Source of the DNA: Catajapyx aquilonaris
Lineage: Eukaryota
Length of the DNA: 32,712 nucleotides
Direction of reading: 5' to 3'
NCBI GenBank assembly: GCA_000934665.2
Contig: KZ539125.1
Coordinates: 1-32,712, forward strand
The notes beneath the pieces are model-generated. The model was given only the letters and a program-made list of their open reading frames with translations, was not told where the DNA came from and did not search any database. The stretch's first letter is position 1; every line of letters starts with the position of its first letter. This document shows, piece by piece, positions 19,094-29,771 of the stretch. The position numbers and the translations under genes are program-made.

Positions 19094-22000
19094 TGAAGTG
19101 CCTTCGCCTTTCCCATGATTTTTAAGACCTTAAAATACCTTCCTTGCATTCAGGCCCTACATTCAGACCTTGCATCCAGTGACTCTCATTCACTTGGCTG
19201 TCATACTCTTCCATAGTAACTTGAGCAGCTGCACCTATGGTCCCTTTCATTCTAATCTGTAAATGCCTCTCTTATGACACACAAATCTTCCTGCCTGCAA
19301 TTTGCCTGTGACACGTTTTTTAAAATTCCTGCTTGGCAGGGTTCACACTTTATTGTTCCTTTATTAGCCTGTGATGTTAGGCAAACACAAATATTGTTTA
19401 TGGTATTAGGTATTGGTTTTTGCATAATATTTGGAAGATGTAATTTTCATTTCTTTAGTCTGGGACTGCAATTAAATTATCCAGTCCAAAGTATTGAGTT
19501 GATATGATATATAATTATATGGATTTATTTAATATAGAGTAAATTATGTCTAGTCTACTACTGTCATAGTTTCATGGCTGGATGCAGTTGGGTCACCAAT
19601 CTCTGCCAAAAGCTAATTTGCTATAGCCTACAGATGGCAGAAGGGTAATTGAGAAACAATTGGGCCCAAACAGCCGAACCTTCACAGTGGGCCTGCGTCA
19701 TGAACTGTATTTTGCTCAGTTGACCTTTGTCATAAGCCATAAATTGGCTGCTGGTAGACAAACTTCTAGAATAGGCCAAGTTTTATTAGATTACGGTATA
19801 TAGTGCAAATTATGACTTGTGACAGAGGTTAACTGGGTGTACTACAACCTGTGATGCAGGTGAACCAGGAATTTGTGCCTGGATAGCTTGTTCAAGAGTA
19901 ATGGCACTACAGGCCTTTTAGTGGAAGAATGCCATGACTTCACATGAAAACGTCACTATAGTGCACTATTTTCAGCACAAGGGAGGATCTGGGACGTCAT
20001 TGTACATTTGGGACTCACAGGTTGCCTGGTGACTAATTCTGATGGGAATTGTGGGTGGGGGTCATTCATTGTTAGACAAATGTAGCCACTCATTCGGTTC
20101 CTCCTCACACCCAAAACTATTGCACAGATGTTTTCGTGCGACGACATGGCATTCTTTTACTGAAAGGACTGTTAATGAGTTGTCGTTTGCCTAGACAAAA
20201 CCTATCCATAATTCCAATCAAGGTGCCAATTGAGTAAACAACATGCAATATTTTCATTTCTTTATCCATAGTTACTATTATTGTGAGTCATTCCATACAG
20301 GCTGCAAGTGGCTCGAACTAAGTTGTGTAATTGGAATGCAATCTTTGCAAGCAGGGTCAAATTAGGCTGAAGGCAATTCTTGTGTGTGGTGAGTGTTGAT
20401 AAAGAAAGCAGAATTTTGACATGTGATGTGTGTAAGTAATCAGCAGCCAATAATTTTTAAGCTCATTTTCATTTAGTCCTGTGAAGAGTTGTGTCTTGGA
20501 AGTAAAATGTCCCCAATTTTCTCCCTCCCTTGCCCCCTCCCTTCCCATGTAACCCCCAACCAAGAAACAATTTGGTCACAATCAATCCAACCCATCTGGA
20601 GGTGTTTGTGCCCAGATTGCTCTTTCAACCCAAGCCTCTCAGTAAACCTTGCTCCCACATCAGTTGTCAGGCACGAGAAATAATCTGTAACTCGTGTGTG
20701 TGGGTATATCCTAATTTTTTTGTTGAAATTACTTGTGTGATAGGAGAACTTTTTATTATTTCCAGGCAATTACCATATTGATAGTTGCCTTTTGTGTGTA
20801 CCCCCCACCATCTTTACCCATGGTTGCAATTACTGTGAGTCAATCCGTAAGGGCCAGTTGCACCAGTGCAAGATGCAGGGTCAGATATGGTTCTACCCTT
20901 GTTATTGATTGATCGTTCATTGTTGCCAACAATTACTAACAAGGGTAGACTTGTATCTGAAACAGAATCTTGCATCGGTGCAACCAGCCGTCAGTGCTTC
21001 AAATGGCTATGCTCCCCTCCCCTAAATCACTTGTTCATACTTCCTCATAATGTATGCTGTTGCCATTTTGAAGCAGCCCAACATTCTTGCTTGTGTAAGG
21101 ATAGGGCAATTGTGACATAGCCACATGTAATGATGCGAAACTGGCATGCATGGGTAAGTCCCCATTATAACAATTCATTGTCTGAGAGTAGAACATATTA
21201 TAATTTTCAGGCAATTACCCCCATTGGTAGTTGCCTACAGTCACAGTGATTTAGTTAATTGCGTGACCAGGGCCTAAAATGTACAACAGATGAAAGTTGG
21301 TGATAATACTCTGATATAGTATCAGTTTGTGTTATTGTGCCACTGTTTATGAGCAGTATTTCACCCCCACCCCCACCCCACAATCTTACGTTGATTTGCA
21401 AATTAAAATGTAATGCAATATTTGCTAATGAAATGAATGCAATTTCTTACCCATATTTATTAATCTAGTGATTCAACAGAGCAAAGGCCAAAGTTCAGCA
21501 GGGAAGAAATATTGTATTCAGAGGAAAATTTGAGTTAGTTATTGATACTCCAACCTCGAAGTGACCCTGAGAGGCCAAAGTATGCTGTGAATTTCTGATG
21601 GCGATTCCATGAATATGTGTGTATTAATTACAAATGTGTTACCTTGAACTGTGGCCATTGTTCTATTGGGTCATTCAGTTGTACCTCACCAGAAACAGCA
21701 AATTGATAAGGATGATGCAGTAACGTTTTAGATATTGTAAAAGGCTTTATGTGGGATGGAGGGATGGAAGAATACATATGTTCCAGAGTTGGATTAGTTT
21801 ATGATGCTGCGTCTTTGGCAATTGGTTTCATGTGCTAATAGAGAAACTATTGTCCATCCATCCCCATATACAACTTCTTCCCAATAAGAAGCCCCCTTTT
21901 TTACAGCCCTGAAAAGCTTGTAGTATGAAGGCCACATGTCTGAATGTCATGATTCCAAAGCATGCTCCGCTATTCATGCCACATCCCCAGCCCCCTTGGC

Positions 22001-22680
22001 TGCATATATGTTGGACTCGCCTTGCAGGGGGGGGGGGGGGGNGGGGGGGGGGGGCTTATATATTGGATGAACAAATTAGAGAATGTTTTAAATTATGCAT
22101 CCAATGCATGAATCCCCTGTGCTTCATGGTGCAGGTGTGTTGAAGATTTGGGGAAGGCAAATGTGAATGGGGGTGATTGTGGCAAGTGGGGAATGAAAGC
22201 TATAAATTCTGTGTGGACCTCGGGCCAAGCCAACTTGAGCAATGTCACGTTCATTCAGTTCCAGTTATGTTTCCAGGTTGCATGCATTCTGCCACCCATT
22301 AACATGAGACTGCTACTCACAAAAGAACCAGGGCTTAGCAATCTTCATGAAGATCAGGCCATGCAGGTCACAGATATACAAAATTTCTTGTCTGTTCTGC
22401 TTGTAGGCAGAATTTGTGTTAAAATAAAAATTGCTGCAATTATTTAAATTTATCTATACATATCAATTTAAAATGTATTATTATTGTCATTGTTCTGTAC
22501 TCATGTTGCAATGTGCCGGAAAGGAGCAATGACTCATATAAACCCCTACTACAGAAACAGACCTGCAGTATCAGCTCCCTTTGGTGGAGAACTTGAAAAT
22601 GCAACACTCATTTCTCTAGCAATTGTCTCATGTAAATGAGCCTTTGTTTTCTTTCACTCTGACCAGCTGAATGATTCATG

Positions 22681-22685
22681 TAATG

Positions 22686-22731
<46 letters not shown>

Positions 22732-22758
22732 CAATAATAACAATAACAACAACAACAA
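22681..22758 (+). repeat. (TAA)n/(CAA)n microsatellite
   Basis: Read directly from the sequence. Confidence 0.95.
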
Positions 22759-23016
22759 GATAAGCCGCTTAGCGGTTCCTCTTTTCAATACCCATCTTTA
22801 TTAATTGCCCTGCATATGGCTTTTTTATTGCAGAAGGCAGCGGGAGGAAATAGGCCAAGGTTGGCCCATTTCTTCCCGCTGCCTTCCGCCAGGGTTTTCT
22901 CAGGGTTCTCTGAGAAAACTCGTCAAAACACTTTCCACATGATAAATGCCTCTCTCCAATCTGGGGATAACACCAGGCACTTCAGAGGTGGAAAACTCTA
23001 GTACTGACCACTGGTG
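22681..23016 (-). mobile_element. Degenerate V-domain-like tRNA SINE with internal inverted duplication
   Basis: Minus-strand head TTCCACCTCTGAAG...ATCCCC...GAGG...ATGTGGA aligns with the 4172 SINE head; tail is the (TAA)n(CAA)n tract. Confidence 0.7.
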
Positions 23017-23109
23017 TAAGTGGGATTTTTAAAAATACAATTGACCCTTTCTAGCTGATGTGTGCAATTAGCATTCCTACATGTTTGCACATCTTTGGTG
23101 ATTTTAATA

Positions 23110-23712
23110 CATGGTGTTTCAGTGTCACTGGTCAAGCGTGTGCGACGGGGTGGGGAAAAATCGTAGGCCACTACCAGGGTCGGTTTTATAAAACAATTAG
23201 AAATACGGCAGTAATCAATTTATTTATTACGGCCGTACGGCGTGTCGTCACATCCTACTTTCTGTTCGAACTGAGTGGCGCAGACTGGCAAATGCAAGGC
23301 AAATGCATTGGGTTGAACGGTTGACGGGTTTTTAGCCTTGCGGGTTGCACTGAAAAAGGCGCTCTCATGCTACACCGGCAGGGTACTGAATACACTACTG
23401 TACAGTAGTACACTACTTTGTACAGTACCCTACCGGTATAGCATGAGAGAGCCTTTTTCAGTGCAACCCGCAAGGCTAAAAAGTAAAAACCCATCAACCA
23501 GGTTCAACCCAATACATTTGCCTTGCATTTGCCAGTCCGTGCCACTCAGTTCGAACAGAAAGTAGGATGTGACGTCACGCCATACGGCCGTAATAAATAA
23601 ATTTATTACTGCCTTATTTCTCATTGTTTTATTAACCATACCCGGGTAGTTGCCACCTACGATTTTCCCTACCCCCTCGTGCGCGCTTGACCCGTGGCTC
23701 TGAAACACCCTG
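23110..23712. mobile_element. Tc1/mariner-type foldback MITE, 603 bp, almost entirely palindromic
   Basis: TA|CATGGTGTTTCAG ... CTGAAACACCCTG|TA; arms of ~270-290 bp; both strands give near-identical ORF peptides (SYFLFELSG.DWQMQGKCIGLN). Confidence 0.92.
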
Positions 23713-24544
23713 TATATTGCTAATACTCTGAGTTTCTATTGTGAGTGTTTGTTCAAATATATCATCCTTCATCCTGTCCCTGTTCTTCTGTACCGGTACC
23801 AGGCTGTTATTTGGGAAGATCCAGTGTGTTGTGTGCCTTTTTCTTCTTCCAGGGCAATTCAAGGACCCTTTTGTTCTGTTATGGCCATAGTCTTCCCTTT
23901 CTTCCCAACTCGATCCTTGTCCACTATTGTCCTGTCATGTAGAAGTGGGTGCAAGAACACCCGATTCCTCTTACAACCAACCAGTCATCCTTTATTCCCC
24001 TCATCCCTTCTGCGACTGGAGTTTTTGTGACTTGATATGTCTGACCCATCTGGGGAACCTACCTTGAAGATTTCCTAATCTATCCTGACTGCCACTCAAT
24101 TTGATATTAGCTGTTAATATTTGATAATATTTGATAAACATTTTCAAAGTAACTGATTAACAACAAGCAGGTTGGTGCCAAAAAAAAATAACTCACTATC
24201 TTCAAAGGGGGTAGAAATATGATGCCTTGTGGAAAGAAGCTAAAGGAACTAAGGCTCTCTGGCTGTAAGATGAGATAATCTAGCTGTGGGTTAATGCCCA
24301 TTCACACACCCACTCCTTTTTCTCAAGTGAGAGTTACAAATGATATATTTTTTTTAATTCGCTTCTAAAACTTGCTTAGGAAACAGAAGTGGTATTGGGC
24401 ACAACTGTACCATTATTTAGTGCTAAAAGCATTTAATTATGACAGGCATGTTCTGCTCCTGGCTGTACTTTTGAAGATATGACTCATCTACCTTGTATTA
24501 CAGTACAGGTGTACAGAGGGATTTCTCATGTAGGGAGATTAAGA

Positions 24545-24680
24545 CTAAGTGGGTTCCCTCCATGCTTGAGGTTTTCTTCAGATTCTCCCATTTTTTCCCG
24601 CAATTAAAACCCAGCAACTGCACAGGATTGGAATAAAGATGTGCACTTAGAGAAGGAACCCATAGAGGCCTATCTACTAC
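24545..24680 (+). mobile_element. Truncated, degenerate V-domain-like SINE
   Basis: GGGTTCCCTCCATGCTTGAGGTTTTCTTCAGATTCTCCCATTTTTTCCCGC core and a 3' ...GGAACCCATAGAGGCCTATC end resembling the other copies. Confidence 0.6.
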
Positions 24681-24713
24681 CAACCCCACTATTTTTATTA
24701 TAATTATAATGAT

Positions 24714-25057
24714 TTTTTTTTTACGTTACCCTGTGCTAGGGCCATGGGCCCTTTTAGGGGGGTGGGATGCCACCATTTGCTTCAATTTTCTATTTTTTCT
24801 TCTTCACTCCGGTGCAAGGATGAAAGGACATGGGGAAGGGATAGGGAATTTTTGGGGAGGGAACATGGGTGCAAGGTGCACGTCTGCAAACAGGTCATGT
24901 GCTGTTCCCCAGGAGGTTAGGTTGCCAGACACCTCCTTGGTGCAGGTCAGAGACCCTCCTGACGCAGGTGAAAGGAAAGTTCCCCAGGCGGGGATCGAAC
25001 CTGGGGCCTTTCACACAGCAAGCCGTGACGTTACCATCACGGCCACCACACCTCCCC
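24714..25057 (-). mobile_element. Second tRNA-derived SINE family, full length
   Basis: Minus-strand A box TGGCCGTGATGG, B box GTTCGATCC, poly(A) tail, 15-bp TSD TATAATTATAATGAT (24699-24713 and 25058-25072). Confidence 0.88.
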
Positions 25058-25639
25058 TATAATTATAATGATAAGAGAAATCTATTTGAAAGTGTGAATG
25101 ATTTGGAAAATATTCTACAATAGTTCGAGTGTTCACTGACAGACAGTGAACCCCATCAGTGCCAGGTACGTGTTGCTGTCACTATTATGAAAAGAATGCC
25201 AAAAATGCAGAGTCAATGTTGGGTCTTGCATGGGAAAGTAGCACGTTCAGCATGGCTTATGGGATAATCAGCCGCATAATGTGCTGCATGCTTTTCAGTT
25301 GATGTTGGGAATATCCCCTCCCAATTGATACTGTTATTAGTGCATGTTACAAAATTTATTCAGACACCAGATGGATGACTTTTTACAGGTGCAAAGTTAT
25401 AAAGGACAGACGAAGTGTTATGATTAGATTGCATACTGATGGCCAGGTATCTGTTGCGTAACGCATCAACACCCTTGGGGGAGTGTATGAAGCAGCAAGT
25501 TCCTGTAGCTTGATGTGTGTGTTGGTAACGTGTTGTGTACGTTGTATTGAAAAATTGCTGTACCAATTTTGGTACACCTTGCATATATCTGATGTTTCAT
25601 TCACTCCCAGACCACATTGATGTCTAATTTCGTAATAAC

Positions 25640-26229
25640 TAAGTCCGATTATAGACCGTGGAAAGGTGGTCTTTCATAATCCCCCTCGACTTATGGTCTC
25701 ACATGTAAGAATACAGTAATACTGTATTAGCTCAAGGTCACGTTCCATATCACATGTTGGATCCAAAATGGCGTCCAATTGAATTTCCTAACTCACGCTA
25801 ATAACATTGGGTGAAGTACATCCGATATAATAGCTACCGTGGTCATACGCGATTTAACCATTCGTGAGTGACGTCCGCTCCGCTCGTAAATTGTTGGCCG
25901 TGTACGTACGTTATGCCCAATTCTTGCCACACACCCAAGAGCAATATCGCTTAGCAACCTCGTTATTTACAAATCACCAGCGTCCCTGGAATGTTAGAGA
26001 CTCTTGAGACATGGTGAGCGTTTTTACAACTAACTGTTATTGGTAGCAGCGCCGTTAGTTGAGCCCATTCCATTTGTAGATTATTGAGGCCGGAGCTGTG
26101 GAACGTCGGGCTTCCTTGGCAGGCTCCACGACCTTTTAACTTAGTACCTCTTGAGGGAAGGCTGCCCACTATTCTTCCTGCCCAGCACCTGCTTCGGTCT
26201 CCCTTCTAGTCGTTGCTCTTCCACTGAAC
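25640..26229 (+). promoter_or_regulatory. Probable Gpdh promoter / 5' UTR region
   Basis: CpG-rich relative to its flanks and directly upstream of the ATG; YY1-like CAAAATGGCG at 25764-25773 and CRE-like TGACGT near 25869. TSS not determinable. Confidence 0.4.
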
Positions 26230-26270
26230 ATGTCCAAGATCAAGGTTTGCATCATCGGATCTGGGAACTG
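26230..26270 (+). CDS. Gpdh: Gpdh exon 1 ([14 protein letters not shown])
   Basis: ATG in AACATG context; GxGxxG motif split by a phase-2 intron with gtgagt donor. Confidence 0.93.
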
Positions 26271-29200
26271 GTGAGTTTTCAATTGCAGATCATTTTTTGT
26301 ATATAAAAGTTGGTGGACAGCCACACACTGGTTCATCTATTTTTAGTGATGTATTGGTGATGCTATGCATTAGATGTCATTACTCAATGCTAGTAGGCAG
26401 GATTGTGCTTGATATTTTAATATGATACTTCATTGGAATGTGTCAATATGCAGGAAACACATTCAGTGACTAAGCTTTTTGTGGTTAAAGAGTGTATTGG
26501 ACAATATGTGGCTTGCTGGTCACTGGCGCCTCAGGAAAATTAAAGCTGTGCCTAGGCAGCTGTGGTATATGAGCCGTGAATATAGTGTCAACAAAAATTT
26601 ATATTTAAAATTCAACCAATGTAAATTTGAAATGATTTCTTGATCAGGGCTCCCAACAAGAGTGGTTCAAGTCACAAAATGTTTCTGAGAAAATGGGACT
26701 TAAAAGTTAATGACATACACTGAAGTCATATACATGTGATCAAATATGAATCTTTGCGGTTCAAATCGTCCAGGAATTTTTCAGCATGACAACCCGTATT
26801 GCACGTGAAAGATGGTATCGTGGCGATGCCAATTTATGTAATTTTTTCCAGTGGCGGATCTAGATGTCGTTGTTGGGGGGGGGGGGGGNNNNNNNNNNNN
26901 NNNNNNNNNNNNNNNNNNNNNNNNNNNNNNNNNNNNNNNNNNNNNNNNNNNNNNNNNNNNNNNNGGGGGGGGGGGGGGTCACCCCGATCACCCCCATCTG
27001 CCACTTAATTTTTCTCATGATTTTTTGTCACTTGAACCACTCTTGTTGGGAGTCCCTCAATTCTGCACATGGAAAAGAACATTTTCCACTAATATGGCCC
27101 CGACTTGGTTTTAATTGGAACAATGATGATGATGATGTGCCTTTGGAAACATTGGGTTTGAAAAGAATTTTAAGTGTCAGGTTCCATGCTGATAATGATG
27201 TGGACAGCAATGTTGGCACAGTTTAGAATGTAAGACCACATTTGGCCTGATGCCAGTATAGTGTTCGGCTACCTACCTGAACAAATAGTCCAGATATGAT
27301 GCCCTTGAAGAGGACTCGGCTCCCTACAATAACTGGCAATTTGATTTTAATTTTAAATGTGTGAAGAAAGTTTTACAGTTCAACTGTACCAATTCCTAGC
27401 ATTCTGTGCCCAATGCTAAAGGTTCATGTGAATTTTGAAAGCATTAGAGTAGTATCATTCGACCTTGTAACCACTTAGGTCAGTTATATCACTTATGAAC
27501 AGAAGGTATGCATCCTGCTTTTGTCTCAAGAACTTCCCACAAGTTGATAAGATTAAGCCAGATGCTAGAGTAAGCCAGATCAGGGCTGAAGTGGGCAGGA
27601 AATGTTTACTACCAAGGTCATAAGGAGACACTAGCTCTGACCACGGAATATGGTCCTGACAAATGAAGTCAAATATTTAAAAACTTTTGAGTGCTTGCTT
27701 AATATGAGAACAGTCCTAGTTTGACCTCTGGCAGGTTAAGATATGCCTACAAAATTGGGGTGCATGTGTTCAACAGATGCTCCAGACAGCTTCCTGTAAA
27801 TCAGAAACTCCCATGTTTGCCCCAAGATGAGGATAAAAATAGGGAAAGTCAGAAGGGAAATAGCAGTTACCACCCACATGGAATTGTCTAGGTTTTTTTT
27901 TAAAAAAAAGTTGCAGTAATATTAACTGCCTTCCACTTGGGTTAAATATAGGCACTTAATTCTGCAAAGATTTTCCATGCTGAAAAGGTTCGGTTTCTTT
28001 TTATGGCAGAATGCATTCAAAATCCTCGACTAGGGCCAAATATTCTGTTATGGACAAGTTTGGCACTTTGTTAGAATTTGTTATTCACCAGTCATCAATT
28101 GAAGGATGTTGCAATATAAATAAGAGGTGTCCACTGGAACCATGTTTGACTTATGATTGTGTACATTACTAGGAAAAGTTATTCTGATGATTGTTTAAAT
28201 TCTTTCAGGGGTTCTGCCATTGCCAGAATTGTTGGCGTCAATGTGAAGAAATTCGATAAGTTTGATGATGAAGTCAAGATGTATGTCTTTGAGGAGATGG
28301 TGGAAGGGAAGAAACTGACAGAGGTCATAAATCAACAACACGAGAACATCAAGTATCTTCCCGGTTACAAGCTACCTGAAAATGTTGTGAGTATTTGACT
28401 TTTGTTTATCGATTGTCATTAAGCGGTCGTCCATAAATTACATAGACACTTTTTTCACTATTTCAACCCCTCCCCTGATGTGTACTTGTATACAATTCAC
28501 TGAAGTATACCTATGCACAGTTGAAGATCTCCTCCCCATCTTTCCCGTCTAGGTAATTTATAGATGATCCATAAGGAAAGGGGCAGGCTGCTAGTGGAAG
28601 TAGCCTTCCTTTCTCATCTTCTGAGTAGTTGTACGGGGTGGGGCAAAAGTCATGGGCAGGTTTAAACAACGCAGCATGGCGTAAGTAACGAACAATTAAA
28701 TTTTAATAAAATTACACTACACAGAGAAAGATATGCTATTTATTGATCAAGATCCTTGATGGATGCTGTAGATTCTTAAATTTAATTTTGCCTTGTAAAA
28801 TGTTGACCTGCCTGTGTGAAGAATTACACCCTTCTGTTCAGTGAGCAGACTACAACTGCCTTGAAAGAATAAGATTATCTAGATGAATTATATTGTATTT
28901 AAATGACGTTCTTATTGTAGGTTGCTGTGCCAGATGCATTTGAAACTGCCAAAGATGCCGATATTCTCATTTTTGTCGTTCCTCACCAATTCATTGATGG
29001 TATATGTGGTCCGATGGTTGGGAAGATGAAGCCTGGTGCCTATGGCTTATCATTGATCAAGGTATGCTTTGTGTGTCTATAGATTATATCATATTTAAAA
29101 ATACGAATACAATTGATAATACAAACATGAATGATGTATTGCAGGGCTTTCAGAAAAAGGATGGTGGTGGCATTGAGCTGATCTCACACATCATTACCAA

Positions 29201-29771
29201 AAAACTCGACATACCTGTGAATGTTCTCATGGGAGCAAATCTGGCTCATGAGGTGGCAGACGAGAAGTTCTGTGAGACTACCATTGGTGAGAGAGTGGAG
29301 ATGGGTCAGGGGTATTTGTTTCATGAGGGTCAGTCACAGGTCACATGATTGGGTTTATTTTGCAGGAAGCAAAAGCAAAGATCAAGGGACAAACCTGCGG
29401 GACCTGATCCAAACGGACTACTTCCGAGCCGTTGTGGTCGATGATGTGGAGACAGTTGAAGTGTGTGGAGCTCTGAAGGTCAGTTATCTTAACATTCATG
29501 GGCAGCCATAAAATGGTTGCTGATATACAAAATTATACAGAACATAGTGGCATGTGGAGCTGGATTTGTGGATGGCCTAGGATCAGGAGACAACACTAAG
29601 GCAGCAGTGATTCGCCTGGGACTGATGGAGATGATCAAGTTTTGCGAGGTGTTTTACCCAGGATCTAAGATAACCACCTTCTTTGAGAGCTGCGGAGTGG
29701 CTGACCTTATCACCACCTGCTATGGAGGGCGTAACAGGAAGGTGTCAGAAGCTTTCGTGAGGCTGAAGAAG
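26230..29771 (+). CDS. Gpdh: Glycerol-3-phosphate dehydrogenase [NAD+], cytosolic, 3'-partial: join(26230-26270,28209-28386,28921-29061,29145-29286,29366-29478,29541-29771)
   Basis: 846 nt = 282 codons with no stops. Rossmann motif [29 protein letters not shown], catalytic-Lys region CGALKNIVA, and [15 protein letters not shown]. All introns are GT..AG. Confidence 0.96.
26849..27006. mobile_element. Nested hAT-type poly-G MITE spanning the assembly gap
   Basis: CAGTGGCGGAT ... ATCTGCCACTT termini; 8-bp TSD ATTTTTTC/AATTTTTC (7/8). Confidence 0.7.
26889..26963. other. Assembly gap (75 N) flanked by G homopolymers
   Basis: Read directly from the sequence. Confidence 0.99.
28209..28386 (+). 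CDS. Gpdh: Gpdh exon 2 (GSAIARIVG...[12 protein letters not shown])
   Basis: tttcag acceptor, gtgagt donor. Confidence 0.96.
28423..28571. mobile_element. Degenerate Harbinger-type MITE in Gpdh intron 2
   Basis: TAA|GCGGTCGTCCATAAATTAC ... GTAATTTATAGATGATCCA|TAA. Confidence 0.65.
28921..29061 (+). CDS. Gpdh: Gpdh exon 3 ([24 protein letters not shown]...LSLIK)
   Basis: ttgtag acceptor, gtatgc donor. Confidence 0.96.
29145..29286 (+). CDS. Gpdh: Gpdh exon 4 ([17 protein letters not shown]...FCETTI)
   Basis: ttgcag acceptor, gtgaga donor. Confidence 0.96.
29366..29478 (+). CDS. Gpdh: Gpdh exon 5 (GSKSKDQG...VEVCGALK)
   Basis: ttgcag acceptor, gtcagt donor. Confidence 0.96.
29541..29771 (+). 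CDS. Gpdh: Gpdh exon 6 ([12 protein letters not shown]...[16 protein letters not shown])
   Basis: atacag acceptor, gtgggt donor. Confidence 0.95.

Larger units (their letters stand above)
26646..27057. mobile_element. TIR MITE in Gpdh intron 1
   Basis: AGGGCTCCCAACAAGAGTGGTTCAAGTCACAAAA at left, inverted at 27020-27057; TSD unresolved. Confidence 0.75.

Noticed and set aside
22027..22054. Long G homopolymer containing an N
   Set aside because: Length unreliable because of sequencing difficulty; no defined element around it.
23058..23708. Paired ORFs with near-identical peptides on both strands
   Set aside because: A by-product of the palindromic MITE; no protein family signal.
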